A stretch of DNA of 64,000 bases from Schmidtea polychroa (taxonomy: Eukaryota): positions 20,522,001 through 20,586,000 of the forward strand of contig CM097887.1 of the NCBI GenBank assembly GCA_044892525.1. Direction: 5' to 3'. Within the stretch, counting starts at the first letter, position 1. Every line of letters begins with the position of its first letter. Both the position numbers and the translations under genes were made by a program. A model generated the notes under the pieces. That model was not told the DNA's origin. It did no database searches and was given only the letters and a program-made list of their open reading frames with translations. This document shows, piece after piece, positions 12,233 through 25,239 of this stretch.

Positions 12233-14124
12233 ATCTTTCCACTTTAAAACAGCAGTTTTATCGATTGATTTTTATTAGATCAACACTATATTCACTATGA
12301 TTCTCAGTGCAGTGTGTGTCTTCATATGTTTTCCATTCATTCGTGAAAATATAATTTAAAAGAATTGTCAATTCTCTAATTTCTTCATTGCGCAGTGATC
12401 ATGGTTACCTATGGTAATGGATTCTTAGTTGTTTAATTTGTACTTTACATTTGCGATTACGATGCACAACGGAAGAAACATTTCAACTGCACTGGAAACA
12501 TGGAAAGAGGAAAGCTATGTTTCCTTTAAGTTTCAGGTTTTCGAGAAAATGCTTTATTTTCTTTACGCTAGATCATCAAGCCGATTAAGTGGAATTTGAT
12601 GGCACCTGTGTTTTTTCACGACTTACAAGTCCATACTGTTTTCAGAAAGAACTAGTTACAATACTTAAAATTAGATCGATTCACTGCACTAATAAAATAG
12701 TGTACGAAAGTTTCCTTGAATCAATGGATTCCATTGACAACCGCGTTGATATTCAAAATAAACCGAATTTCAAATCTTTCTGTGAATATTAATCATATTA
12801 ACTTTAATACTTCCACTGATGTCAATTGAAGCTACCAGAATTCCTTTTTAAATTGATTACTTAATCAAATTTCAACAATGACATAAATAAAGAACAATAA
12901 TGCTTATGGTAGATAATATATTAAAGTAAATTCAACAACATTTGTTTCTAATCGAGTCGAATAATAATGGAAAAAAATCAGGATAATGAAACAGTCTAAT
13001 AATTATTTACATAAATACAGCTTTTGTTTAATTAATTTAATTGAAACATTTTAGACAAATTATAATTTTTAATTAATTATAAACTCCAGAAGATAAGGCA
13101 TATAATTCTAATGATATATAAATTTTAGACGGCTGTGAAAATAATCGAAGAAATGAAACCGAAAATATTTGATGAAAATATTAATTTGATTAACGAATGT
13201 AGGAAAATAAACTAAAATTGATAGATTTTAACATATTTTCCTCCAGTGTCCCTAGCATTATCTTCATGTGCCGTTGTCGCTGAGAAATTAGAAATGAAAG
13301 CCGGTTTACCTTTATGGAGAACCTTGAAAGCGTATGTAAATCTTTCGAAATAGACCATTTTATCAAACAATTAGACTTACTTCATCCTATTGTGGTACAT
13401 TTATGAGAACATCGACTAATGAATCTTACTGTGAACTGTTGAATAATTTTCGACAGTCGTTCTGGTTTAGATACAACAGTTGGCAGAGTTGCACACAGCA
13501 AGATGTTAGAATTAAATTTTTTATTGATGAATTAAGTAGGATTTTCAGAACAATCTTTCTCAGGAACATTTAACGAAGGAATTGAAAATGTCGTCTTTTC
13601 TCTTAAAATGTTTCCTAACGTTTGTCACTGCACATGAATTAGCACTGACAGAGAATCAACAAATGATGCCTGAAACCCTTAGGCTTGCATTCGAAATTAT
13701 TGAGTAAGGCATTTATAGAAAACGATATTAAAATATTATTAAAGTTTCTTTAGTAGAGAAATATCTTAATCAAACTTGTTTTTATCTGGTTTTTATTTTA
13801 TAAATTTATTATTATTATAGTGATTATTATTATTATGATTAGTGCGCAATTGCCTATAACTCAGATAATGTAATGTTTGTTATTAGTGCTGTGTATGTGT
13901 GCTTGGGGACCTTTCACTATTGTACCGTCAATTAAAATAATATTTCCACATAGAAAAACAGCACCTACCACCTGAAATGAGTCCAGGCAGCCTCAATTTA
14001 TAAACGCACTCCTAATATGACGTCATTAATTGATAACTCATTTCAGCAAGACTGTTTTAAACGTTATAAATAGAAGATTTGAAAACAAGTTTAAAAATTA
14101 AAATTTATAATTAGTTATCTCACA

Positions 14125-15960
14125 TTGAAAATGAAGAAGATTTTTGATTTGTTATCGGCTTCGCAGTCAAACGATTTTTCGGTAAATAAAAAAAGCAGAT
14201 TGAATGAAGAAATACCGGTAGAAATTGGTGTCGCAGCAGAAACAATAACGGAATCGTCGGAAATAATGACTTCAGATAGAGATAATGCTGATTGTCCTGT
14301 CTGCTGGACTTTGTATCAAAAAATGAGTTCTGGCTATCTATCCATGATAAATCACTTGGTTGTTTCTCTTGTCGAAATGTTGGCAGGCTTGGAGTCGAGG
14401 CAACAATGGGAATGAAGGTATCCAAGAAATGATCTAACAATCAAAAAAACCAACTTCGGTATTAATCGAAAATAACTGATTATGTCATTAAGAAAAAATT
14501 GTTCGATCATAAGGAAATTGCGGCATATAAAGCTACAATTAAGATGCTAGCTAAAACCGATGCAGTACCTATCGAGAACGTGTTGTTAAAGGCATTATCT
14601 CGTGAAAAAGTAGTAACTGCAAAGAATTTTGGTACAGCATATAAAGTGGCCAAAAAAACCAATCGTTTCATAATTTTGAATCTGAAATTGATTCGCACGA
14701 ACTAAACGGAATTGAGATGGGCCGTATACTTCATTCAACCAATGTATGTATCAACGTAATGAATCACATAGGTTCTGAAATGAGAAAAAAAATGACTAAA
14801 GAAATTGTAAGGTCGGACAATAAAATTTCATTGATTATCGATGACTCAACTACGCTTTGCCCAAAATCTACTTTAATTGTGTACATTCATATTTGTCATT
14901 AATATAATGGAATGAACTCACCAGTGAATTTATTCTTGGATTTGGTAGAACCCGAAAGAGTAAATGCAACAGGAGTTTTTGATTCATTACTAAACTGTCT
15001 TCATTCCTATGAGATAACAGAAGAATTTCTAAACAAAATTTGATTTGTCTTGCATGAGATGAAGCAGCTGTGATGTTAGGGTGCAAAAGTGGAATTGCTG
15101 AAAGAAATGTTTCCATCTGTTCTGGTTTGGCATTGTACAAATCATCGACTGGAGTTCTCCGTTGGTGATACCATTAAACAAGTTTCGGGGATCAACCGAT
15201 TTAAAGCATCCATTGACAAACTGCATGTCCTTTATCATGCTTCGCCAAAAAATTCAAGAGAATTGCAAATATGTGCTAATTTGTAACAAAATGAGTGGTT
15301 AAAAATTGGACGAATGTTGAGCACGAGATGGGTGGCATCCAGTTTCGTTTAGTTTTAGCAGTTTGGGAAAATTACGAAGTTTTGGTGAAGCATTTTGAAG
15401 AAGCAAAACATGAATCAACCAGGGATAAAAAAGATCAACGCACATATTGAAGTTTGCAGCGAAAGATTACTTCTTCTAAATTTGTATTAGACCTCGGATT
15501 GATGTGCAATGCCCTCCAAGAGTTGTCAGAGGTGCGAGATGAACCTTTACAAAACAGTTTTTGAAGAAAGACAAATCATTCCAGGCCCTTATTATAAAAT
15601 TGTGGCCACCGCGGCAGATAATAAGGAACTTACTGTTAAACGAAAGAACAATGATTCGCGGATTTCGTGAATATCTCACCGAAAAATTGTTCCTGATAAA
15701 ATTCCTTTGCATGTTGCTCTCAGTACAATCCCAATTTCTTCAAATGAAGATGATCGAGGGTTTTCTCAAATGAATCTTATCATCGCCCGACTAGAGCTTC
15801 ATTGATGGCAACAACTGTATCTTCGCTTTTTTATAATATTAGTTGGACACCCACTCACGCGTTTTGATCCCACAGGGTATGCTGCTTCGTGGCAAACACT
15901 CGCCCATAGATACCAACAACAAAGAACGTTGTTGAAATGTGTGTCAGACGAGAACTTGTT
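14125..15960 (+). mobile_element. Degenerate hAT transposase, KIAA1586/ZNF862-like
   Basis: AYKVAK..R, GRILHS, SLIIDDST, WHCTNHRLE, TRWVAS and RGFSQMNLI motifs with many frameshifts. Confidence 0.85.
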
Positions 15961-17559
15961 CAAACTTTCGAGTTTATTATGAATTGTTTCACACCAATTT
16001 CTATGTTATTTTCCACCTTTAAGTAAATAAACTAAATACATTTTGAAAAGTAACCTAAGAATAAGTCGTTAGTTAAATCTTATTCTTATACTATATGGTA
16101 TAACAATGTTATTTAATTTATTTCAAGAATATAATTGTTTTGGTATCTTGAAGTTGTTATTTAACTTAATAGTTTATAGTTTCATTTCAAATCACTTCTG
16201 TATTGAATATATATTCATTCAATGACAACTCTTATTCGCACAGAGTTCTAAGACCAAATTAGACACATCACTCACTATATAGACTACTCTACCGTTAGTG
16301 AAATTTTAATTGTAACGAATTTTAAGAGTTATAAAATTCGTAATATTTATCCCAATAACTAACATCTATTTAGTAACTTAAAAGTCAAATGTTTTAGAAA
16401 ATAATTGAAATATGAATTTATAGTTCTTTTAGTTAATGATTTGAAAATAGGCTTTATAACTGGAACAAGTCTATTTGGATAGACATTTTTTCCTGCATAC
16501 ATTTTTAATAAACATTGACTAATAAATTTACATTATCTATAACTACAAGACACTTAAAAGTTGACTGTTAGAACTTATCAATATTGTAAAACGCAAAACT
16601 TTTAATCTCGTCATAATCTAATACCATTTCTCGTTATAGAGCACATTAAATTTCAGTAATGTTGAGGTTCTGGTCTAATAATACAAATCGTTGAAATTAC
16701 AGATACCATTTGACTTAAAATCTTTTAGTAGAGTGTGACTTATCTTGCATTAATAATTTGTTTAAACATGACATCTCATCTACAGATTTTTATAGATCCT
16801 ACATTACTAACAACTATTAATCGGAAATTTTTTCAATATTTCTCAATTATTATGAGTCAATTTTGGTAGATTTTGACAGAATTTTGTTAAAATTATTTAT
16901 AAAAGTTTTTAATATTTCACATCAATTATGCATCATTAAAAAAAATTGGTTCTCAAATTACATTGAGATAAAAATGTCATGTTGTCGATTAAAATTAAAA
17001 GTTATTGTAAAATTAAGTCCTTACAGTGACATTTTATTTTTAATATATTGAATTTGTTTTGAATCTTTCAATATAGAAAGTCGATTTTCAGATATCATTT
17101 AAATAAAATATATTGTCGATTAAAATTAACATTTAAAATTAATTGCATAATAATAGGGGAACAGAAATGGGACAATTTATATACCGTAAAATCTTGAGTA
17201 TAATAAGCAATTTTTTCGCATTTTACTTATTATACTCGAGAACATAGGGAAATATGATTTGAAACTTATGTATATAGTGATAAATTTTACGTTGGAAGAC
17301 GTTCATATGAAATGTATGTGCAAAACTAAAGTTGACATTGAAAGAGAGATAATTTGTGTTTGTAATAAGAGAGAGATTCGCTAACAAGACAACAATAATT
17401 GTCAAATCGACGCAACAATACTAAGTGAGCTGCATTCTGGTGATAGTGATTAAAAAGGAGTTGCTTAATTTAAGTTGCTTTCCTAACGAATTTGACTTGT
17501 TCTTTTTATTAAAAATTTTAATAAATAATTATATTTTGTTTTTCAAATTTTGAAAAGTT

Positions 17560-17653
17560 ATGAGTGCGTATTATATTCGAAAATTTGATTTTCCGAAAAA
17601 ATCTCGTAAAATCAAGCTTACGTGTTTTAATCGAGATTTTGTTGTAATGTACA

Positions 17654-17710
<57 letters not shown>

Positions 17711-18640
17711 CATTATTATTAATCATCAAAAATCCAGTAGGAAATTAGAACTTGTAATAAGCAATCGGAATGTTTATCAACTCAATCAATCATACGATGA
17801 CTCTATTTTGTATAGCTGTGAAATTATAGCTTCCCTTTTATTAAAGCATTATCAAGTCAACGATATAATCACACAGATTAAAGAGTTCTCCAATGGTGAA
17901 CATGATCTTGAAAGCATATATATATATTCTATTTTAACTTTAATATAGGTCGATTTATGATTGAAACTATGTTCTTTGGATATATTATGAAGATCGTTAC
18001 TGGCCAAAATGGTAAGTTCATATTATTTTGTTCATTATCCATACAAACGTCCACTCGTCTCAAGGTTCACCTTCTATTAGTTCTATTCCACTGGCTTTTT
18101 TTATCTTCACCATACTCATTTTCTATTAATCGTTGACATTTTGACATCGGATGTTACATTCGATTAGTTCAAAAATTATTTGCCAATTAAACTATTTCTA
18201 GAACCTGAACAGTCATCACTATATATTTTGGACCTTTGCCGCGCAGTTGTTGATAATTTATTGCAGATCAAATGTAACTATATTCTATATACATATATAT
18301 TGCTCTTACAATTGTTATCCTTGAATTAGTGTCGTCTAATGATAGTTATGAGAAATTTGAATATGTATACAAGCAGGTTTATATTCAAACTTCTTGTTTT
18401 ATCTGTATTCATCGTTCAGAAGATCTTATACAATTGGTAATATATTTACACATCATTACATAATTATATTTCCTAATCAAGGAGACCTATCTATGGGATA
18501 GCTTATTCAAATGTAATGTTCTTCATCCCTGGATCTTTTTAGCAGACATAATTGTATTTTTATCAAGGTATATATGAACATGGTAATTAGATTCATTGCC
18601 TTTATTTAGATATGGGCCAATAATTATTCTATCTCATTAC
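17560..18640 (+). CDS. Candidate multi-exon host gene, product uncertain
   Basis: Exon 17560-17648 splices in frame (AT|T) across an 89-nt (ATT)n-containing intron to 17738. That frame stays open for about 160 codons. Further small GT-AG-bounded blocks continue to about 18640, but the full model is unresolved. Confidence 0.45.
17654..17720 (+). repeat. (ATT)n microsatellite
   Basis: About 22 near-perfect units. It produces the poly-Leu of the spurious ORF 17560..17748. Confidence 0.97.
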
Positions 18641-20234
18641 TGTGACTTCCTTTCTACTTTGATCCCACAATTAGTCCACAACCATTTTCCAATTAATTTC
18701 ATCATGATGATTGGGAATTTGTTTTCTAGATTTCTTGGATTCTCTACAAATTTGCCCAATGTAATAATTCTATTCTACATTATTTATAAATATATTTGTT
18801 CTACAATCCTTTCTAGTATTTCAAAAATGTATGTACTCTTTAAATAGATATTTATAAATGATTATTAAATTGATTATTAAATAAACAATAAGCAATATAT
18901 TATATTAATTTGGATTTTCTGAAAGACTACATTATTCTGTAATAAATATTTAATTTATTTTCATTCTGATAAAAGATCAAAAATTAATTTCATGCAATAT
19001 AAATTTCCCATTTCGCTTTTATCGATTGTTATATTTAATGTATATTATTTTATAAATGCAAAGCCAAAATTTTTTTTTTGCACAGAATTATTTGGTTTTG
19101 TAATAATAACTATCAAATTCACAAAAATCTGTAAATCAAAGATTCATAGAACTAATTTACACAATGATAATTTGAATAGTCTGACCTAAAATATTTCATT
19201 TTCACTTTATATTTGTAATTTTTGTACAATTTCAAAAACTGTAAAATGATTGATAACACTGTATTCTTGTGTGTGTTTTAAGTTTTCAAAATATGTTCCA
19301 GATAACATTTCCAGAATAAGAAACTTTTGTCGAAGACCAACTTTAACTTTCCTTGATAAACAAAATTTTTATTTTGACCTTCGTTAAGTTAATGAAAACA
19401 ATTTTACAATATTAAAACAAATAATAATGTTGGGATATAGTAAAAAAAATAAAATTATCTTTTATTGTTATTATTATAAACATAACCTCTCATCACATGC
19501 GAAATTAGTATGAATTAAAAAATATATGATAAAAATAGCCGTAACGGTAAATAAAAATTATTTATTTTTTAGTTTTATTATATAAAAGAAAGAGACTGAT
19601 AGATAATAGTCCATCTGCAATTTTTGAATGATAGTGGAAATTGAGAATCAAAATCGTTCCGGAAACATGTGATAGACATATATAATATAAATCATTAATT
19701 CGAGGTTGAACATATATACATTGTAAATATCTTATGTCTTTTCATGCTTCATCTTATTGACATTTTTTACGAGGAGTAACACTACTTTTACCCATAGTAA
19801 ATAATATTATAAATGGGTATTATTAGTAATTTATATTATTAATATAAACAGCACGAGCTTTGTAATACCCAGCGCATATCTCAATAGTAGACTAGTTACG
19901 ACCCTTGGCTCTGATTGGTAATATGCAAGAGACAATATTGCTGATTCAGTTTTATTGCATACTTTCCCAGGTTCATTGAAAATCATATCACTTGCTTGAT
20001 CACAGGAAATTTGTAAACTTGGTGTATGAAAAAAATCAAGTTTCTTGGAACGTTTGTCAAATCAATTTATTGATGATGAACATGAATTATCCGAAAATCA
20101 TTCTGATTCAGAAATATCTCTAGCAGAAATTAACAAAAATTGCACCAGGATATTACACAGCAACTAAGGAAGGAAAAATTAGGCATGCCTATTCATTATT
20201 TAAATAGAATGGAATCATTAAAGAGAACTTACAA

Positions 20235-20406
20235 TTTTTATTGATACCGGTTACAGAGGTTCTTTGTTAACTCTTGTGTATGAATATTTGTTGACAATAA
20301 GACCAACATGCGTTGAATCAGAAAGAGCATTCTCTTCAACATCAAATTTCTGTAATAAGCTGCGTAACCGCCTGAATGATGACTCGTTGGATCATTTATG
20401 CTTTTA
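20235..20406 (+). mobile_element. hAT transposase C-terminal dimerisation domain fragment
   Basis: LLTIRPTCVESERAFSS..NKLRNRLNDDSLDHLCF. Confidence 0.8.
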
Positions 20407-20694
20407 AAACATATTTTCTTAACACTCAAAAATTTTCCCATAATTTCGCAATAATTTTTTTTAAATTAGTTTTGATGATATGCATACTTTACAGGGTATT
20501 TCTGTATTATATATTTATATTTCAGATTATTATCTCAATATTTCTAAACTATATATTGATATTTCAATACCTTTCCATAATAAAATCGCAAACCTTGTGT
20601 GAGGTACTGTTACAATAATTTTGATACTTTGATTCTGAATAAAATCAAGAATTTTTTACGAAAACAGGGCATATTTTTACTCTTTCGAAAAAAT

Positions 20695-20845
20695 CGTCGC
20701 AATTTTCCAATAAAATTGAATGCGGCTCTTTACTGAAAAGATTGAGGACCTCTGTATGGTAGTCGAAAAATAAAATAACACATTAGCAATGCCTTTAACG
20801 ATTAATAAAACTATGATGCAAGTGTTGTGTGTCTCGCTATTATAG
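20695..20845 (+). mobile_element. Possible Helitron (PIF1-like helicase) remnant
   Basis: RRNFPIKL and, in a separate piece, LAMPLTINK resemble the RRQFP.KLAFAMTINK helicase motif. Short and degenerate. Confidence 0.3.
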
Positions 20846-21055
20846 TATTAATATTATTATTTGTAGAATAATATTAATAACGTTAAAATATAATTGATGC
20901 AACTATACTTGAAATCACACTTGAATAGGTTAACCATTGTTGTTTCAACGATAAAATATATACTAACCTATTGCACAATAGTTTAATTATTTTCATTAAT
21001 AATTTACAAATATTATAAAATATACGAATCAAAATTAAAGGTTATTAAAATAGTA

Positions 21056-21316
21056 CCGTAATTTCCGATCGCGGTTTTTTTCAGACGCTGACGGTGCTGC
21101 GACTTAAATAAAGGAGCGACTTATATAATAAGTGTCTTTAATTAAACTTGGCGACCACCACCGAACAAAGTAAACATTTCCGCAGAGGCATGCTTATTAC
21201 TGTATAAGTGCGACTTAAATAACGGAGCGACTTATATATTAATTTTTCCAAAATTTTAGCCATTTTTTACAATTGCAACTTATACACAGGAGCGACTTAT
21301 TACCCGGAAATTACGG
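21056..21316. mobile_element. pogo/Tigger-type MITE (261 bp)
   Basis: Perfect TIR CCGTAATTTCCG / CGGAAATTACGG flanked by TA on both sides. Internal GCGACTTA repeats. Confidence 0.9.
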
Positions 21317-21416
21317 TATTATATTATTTATTACTTATTTAAAAAATTCATTAAATTTTAAATAAATTTAATTAATTATAAAAAGCTTATAAAAATAATT
21401 AATCATGAATTTATTA

Positions 21417-22870
21417 TTTTTATTCTTTGTATCCCAAAACCAGTAGCAGTTATTCCAATTCCATTGAATCCGGTTGTGTTTCTATTTACAGCTATTCTTG
21501 ATGCGTTTCCATTATTTATTTTAGTTCAAATTTTATCTCCGGTCATATTGCTTATAAAATCTAAAAGATATTAATAAATTTAATCAACAAAAATTATGGA
21601 TCATCCTTTTAATTCAACCCCCAGGGGTTAAATTAAAAGGATGAAAAATAGTAAAATTTTATTAATAAGATATAAAATCAATTAATTATCAAATAATTTA
21701 ATAAATATTAATATTTTAAAATTTAATTTTATTTTGCAATATAAATTAACAAAGATACATTTAAATATTATATTTAAAAACAAAGTTTAATTAAATTTAA
21801 GACTGCATTAAAAAATCTGCTCTGTTATTAAAATGATCACAAAATTCAATAAGAAAATCCTATCTTTTTTCTGTTAAAACACCTTTCCTTCGTTTTATTT
21901 CTAACTTTAATTCATTGTGGAATGATTTGATTGCCTGAGTGTTAATTCATTCCTTTTGTTTATAAAGTCATACTTGTGGCAAACTGTACCATGATAAAAA
22001 CTATTCATCAAGATTGAAGTACGCTTAATGTTCATCTGTCCATATTACGATATTATTGGTCACTTGATTAAATATGATAGGCACTATTGTTCTTTCTTTC
22101 TTGTCTGGTATTGTAACTGCAAATGCTCTTTCAATATTATTGTATACCTCTACAATATACAATGAATCACTTCTGTTACTTGGAGCTCGGCCACGATGAC
22201 TTTTGACCTTATAATTAAGCATGGTCTCATCGATTTTTTCAGGCCCCCCTAGTTTAGAATTGCTAAAATAAACTGTAGGTATTTTGCTTTTTAATCTCTT
22301 TATTACCTTTACAATTGTTGAATCAAAGGTATCTAATGCCAATTTGATACTAAAAATAGACTGCCTTGTTGAATATTTTATAATTATTCTTAAAATCAAA
22401 GTCTTCTGAACACTTCATCCATCAAAAAAAAGAATTTTTCCTAGCTTATTCATAGACTTTGTACCTTTGACAAGCTGGTGTCATACACCTCCAAGCAATT
22501 TTGTCTATAGATCTTTTATGATCTACCAATTTCATAAAGGCATTACATGTGCTGCACCCATGTTCATTCTTCAAAAACGAGTTTGTCATAAAAAATAAAG
22601 CAAGATTTTTTTCGTCCAGTATTATGCATATTCTTTCAAATTCATCAGGAGTCATTTTGAATTAATATTGAAAAATTGATTATTATTTTCGGGGGTTAAA
22701 TTAAAAGGTTGATCCAAAATTATAATAATAGTAATGTACCAATGTTAACTTTATTATTGTTGTTGTTGTTCATTACATTTCCTATAAAATGTAATAATAA
22801 TAAATAAACGACTAAATAAGTCTTACCATTCTTTGTTTCTTTGAACAATGTTTGCCATTTTGTTATAATT
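21417..22870 (-). pseudogene. Small spliced (pseudo)gene whose intron hosts the Merlin element
   Basis: Exons ending at 22827, 22740-22781 and 21417-21560 join phase 1 to phase 1 (KWQTLFKETKN-GNVMNNNNNNKVNI-DFISNMTGDKI*TKINNGNASRIAV). Introns are 45 nt and, after removing Merlin plus one TSD, 53 nt. One internal TGA. Confidence 0.45.
21598..22715 (-). mobile_element. Complete-ended Merlin (IS1016/ISXO2-like) transposon with a broken transposase
   Basis: 25-bp TIRs (GGATCATCCTTTTAATTCAACCCCC / GGGGGTTAAATTAAAAGGTTGATCC) and 8-bp TSD AAAATTAT. Zn-ribbon CxxC..WRC..C and ISXO2 motifs IDET, HRGR, IWTDEH, VCHKY, NTQA. Confidence 0.93.
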
Positions 22871-22994
22871 AAAATTTTGGTTATGAAGTAAAAGTGATGA
22901 AAAATCCTAAAACATTGCTTTGTATACCGTAGATTGAGTAATATTTATTCATCCAATAGAAATTGATAGTAACTGTAATACTTGTACACACATA

Positions 22995-23491
22995 CAGGAT
23001 ACCTCGGTAATACGGCGGGTATGGTTCCAGCACAAGCGAGTCATTTGCTTTTTCTTCACTCGCTACAACATATATAAACCTTAAAACTTGTTTACACTAT
23101 CATTTATTATTTGCGCAATAGCGGTAGGCTAAAAATATCAGTTTCAATTTAATGAAGAGTAAATAAAATAAAAATAATATATTTTAGCTTTAAAAACTTT
23201 ATTAATATCATTGAAGGTAATAGTTGAAACTCGTCATCTGACACTTCAACTAATCTAATTCTCTTTCTTGGTGGAGAGTTGATGATGCGATAATGGATGT
23301 TGATTAATAGGATTTGAAGGTGCGGGTATTTGCGTCACTGGCTTATAATAACGTGTCAATGACGTTTGCTTCATTGAGCATCTCTGTCTTTCTCGAAGAA
23401 TTTCAGTGTAGCATGTAATGTCGTTTAGCAATCTTTTGCTAACTTTCGAACTTCTCTCAAAGTTATTGTCAATTCTGACTCTTCTTTTCAC
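22995..23491 (-). mobile_element. Tigger1-like element, 3' end plus transposase C-terminus
   Basis: TA-CAGGATACCTCGG..GCGGGT.TGGTTCCAG terminus. Peptide RIDNNFERSSKVSKRL.NDITCY.EI.RER..SMKQTSL resembles the Tigger1/TIGD1 C-terminus. Confidence 0.82.
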
Positions 23492-23684
23492 TAATCTTAG
23501 GGGCTATGTCTATATGGGTATACAATGAATGTATGTAGAAAGCAATGCGCGTCTTATAAGTGCTGCGTTCAAACTGAATTCCACGTGGAAAATTTGTTGA
23601 TTAAAAGCTATACAGCGCATGGTTGTTGTAAGAGCGAGACAAGTGCCGTAAAACGAGGCATGTATGTATTTGGAAATAATAAAA

Positions 23685-23870
23685 AAATCTAATTTAATGT
23701 ACAGTAATGTATCATTCAAATCGAGATATTCAGTATGAGAACCTGTTATCTTGAATTCGATGTCGTTTTTATTATCAATTGAATTAAATGGAAATACGTC
23801 TCCAAATGTCGCATATTATATTACGTAGTCGGTCGATCAAAAATACATAATTCAGTTTTTCCACAAATAA
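23685..23870 (-). pseudogene. N-terminus of Maverick/Polinton major capsid protein
   Basis: ICGKTELCIFDRPTT* and, after a frameshift, DVFPFNSIDNKNDIEFKITGSHTEYLDLNDTLLYIKL match the C.KSELD.F..P.TQ and IEF.I.G...EY.DL..T.LY.K motifs of Polinton MCPs. Confidence 0.78.
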
Positions 23871-24041
23871 TTTTTCGAATATAGTTCCACGTCCTGTCAA
23901 TCCTCGGAGTCCACACATCTATCTACTTAAAAGGGGAATGAGGTGTCAAAAATAACCTAAAACTATTTCTGGCACTAATAGCAATATTAATGACAATTAA
24001 TAACGAATACCAAAAAAGAGTAACATCATAATAAATAATAT

Positions 24042-25209
24042 TTGCTTTTATCTAATAATCATTTAATAATCATTTCTTTAAAAAGTTTCCGTTGTCCACC
24101 GCTCCCAGTACCGCGAAATAGTAAATTTTTTGTTGGCCTAGAATCCGAATTAAAGCTATTATCCGTGCCATTATTTTCTTTTTGTTTGATATCCCGTAGA
24201 TTATCATCATCAATAGATCTGCCTGTTTTAGACGCAACTCAAGCTCCTTCCATGCTGTAAAGCATTCCAAGTGTTTCGGAATTTTTTCATGCAAAAATAG
24301 GATCGCGGATATATTTTCCCAGTCACTGCAACCATATTAAGCGACGGATGCAGACTTTTTATTCTCCTTCTCAAACCGTTTACAGAAAAAACAAAACAAC
24401 GAATCTTTAGTAAATAAATATTGTAACCAATTTCTTTTTTTATAATGATAGTTGGGAAATTTTCCATTATTAGAATCACTTGGATATTTTTTATCTTGAA
24501 TTGTTTGCGAACCATTTTCAATAATCATGCAGCGTACTGTGCCACTAGATTTCGTTGACCATGTAACATGATCTGTGTAGTTAACCACTTAACAGTCTAA
24601 TTTTTTTTCGAAAAGATGTCCAAATGTCCACCTACCACCACTCAAAGCGCAACTAGCACATTCGTGTTTTAATTTACTAGTACGGTTCGTGAAAATCACT
24701 CTCTACAATTCAAAACAGAATTTGCCCGAACGAGGCTCGGGCATGTCACTATGTCAACAAAATCAAAAAAAGTGTTAAGTGGTTAAGTTATTTTTACATT
24801 CCTTATTAATTTCATTTTCCACAGAAGATTCCCGATTCTCTGTTATGTAAATATTTTCACTAATAATATTATTATTTTAGTTTAAGCATGTAATAGAGTA
24901 ATCAACTTCGTTTTGTTTTTCATTCGAAATATATTTTTAAAAAGCGCCGCTTTGCTTTGCAATGTCTTTCTTTCTCATACCTTCTTTTGCGAATTTCACA
25001 GCCAGATTCATAACCAGTAAAGAATATAAAATTTAACGGTCAAAGAAAACTTGCTCAATTTACAATTGGGGCATCAATAAACTTTTTTTAATAAATTATT
25101 ACATATTATTTTGGTCGGTATATAAAATTGTAAAATGGATTCTGGCGCCCCAAAAATCTGGGCGTCCTAGGCGGTTGTCTAGTTTGTCTATATGGTAAAG
25201 CCACCACTG
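24042..25209 (-). mobile_element. 5' part of a hAT (ZMYM1/Tip100-like) with TTF zinc finger
   Basis: Terminus CAGTGGTGG at 25209, then YESG..RKR and RNWL.Y..TKDSLFCFFCK, degenerating downstream. Confidence 0.75.
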
Positions 25210-25239
25210 GATATGTTGATTGTGTTTATTAACTAGAGT

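Noticed and set aside
12300-13700. Possible minus-strand spliced gene with a WD40-like piece (ASIDISGSIK..WNPL)
   Set aside because: I could not build a phase-consistent model, stops are present, and the motifs are too short.
17560-17748. Poly-Leu signal or transmembrane ORF; likewise poly-Ile in 28526..28843
   Set aside because: These are translations of ATT/ATC microsatellites, probably intronic.
24723-24754. GC hairpin followed by CACTATGT resembling a Helitron 3' end
   Set aside because: The CTAG terminus is imperfect and no linked 5' end was found.
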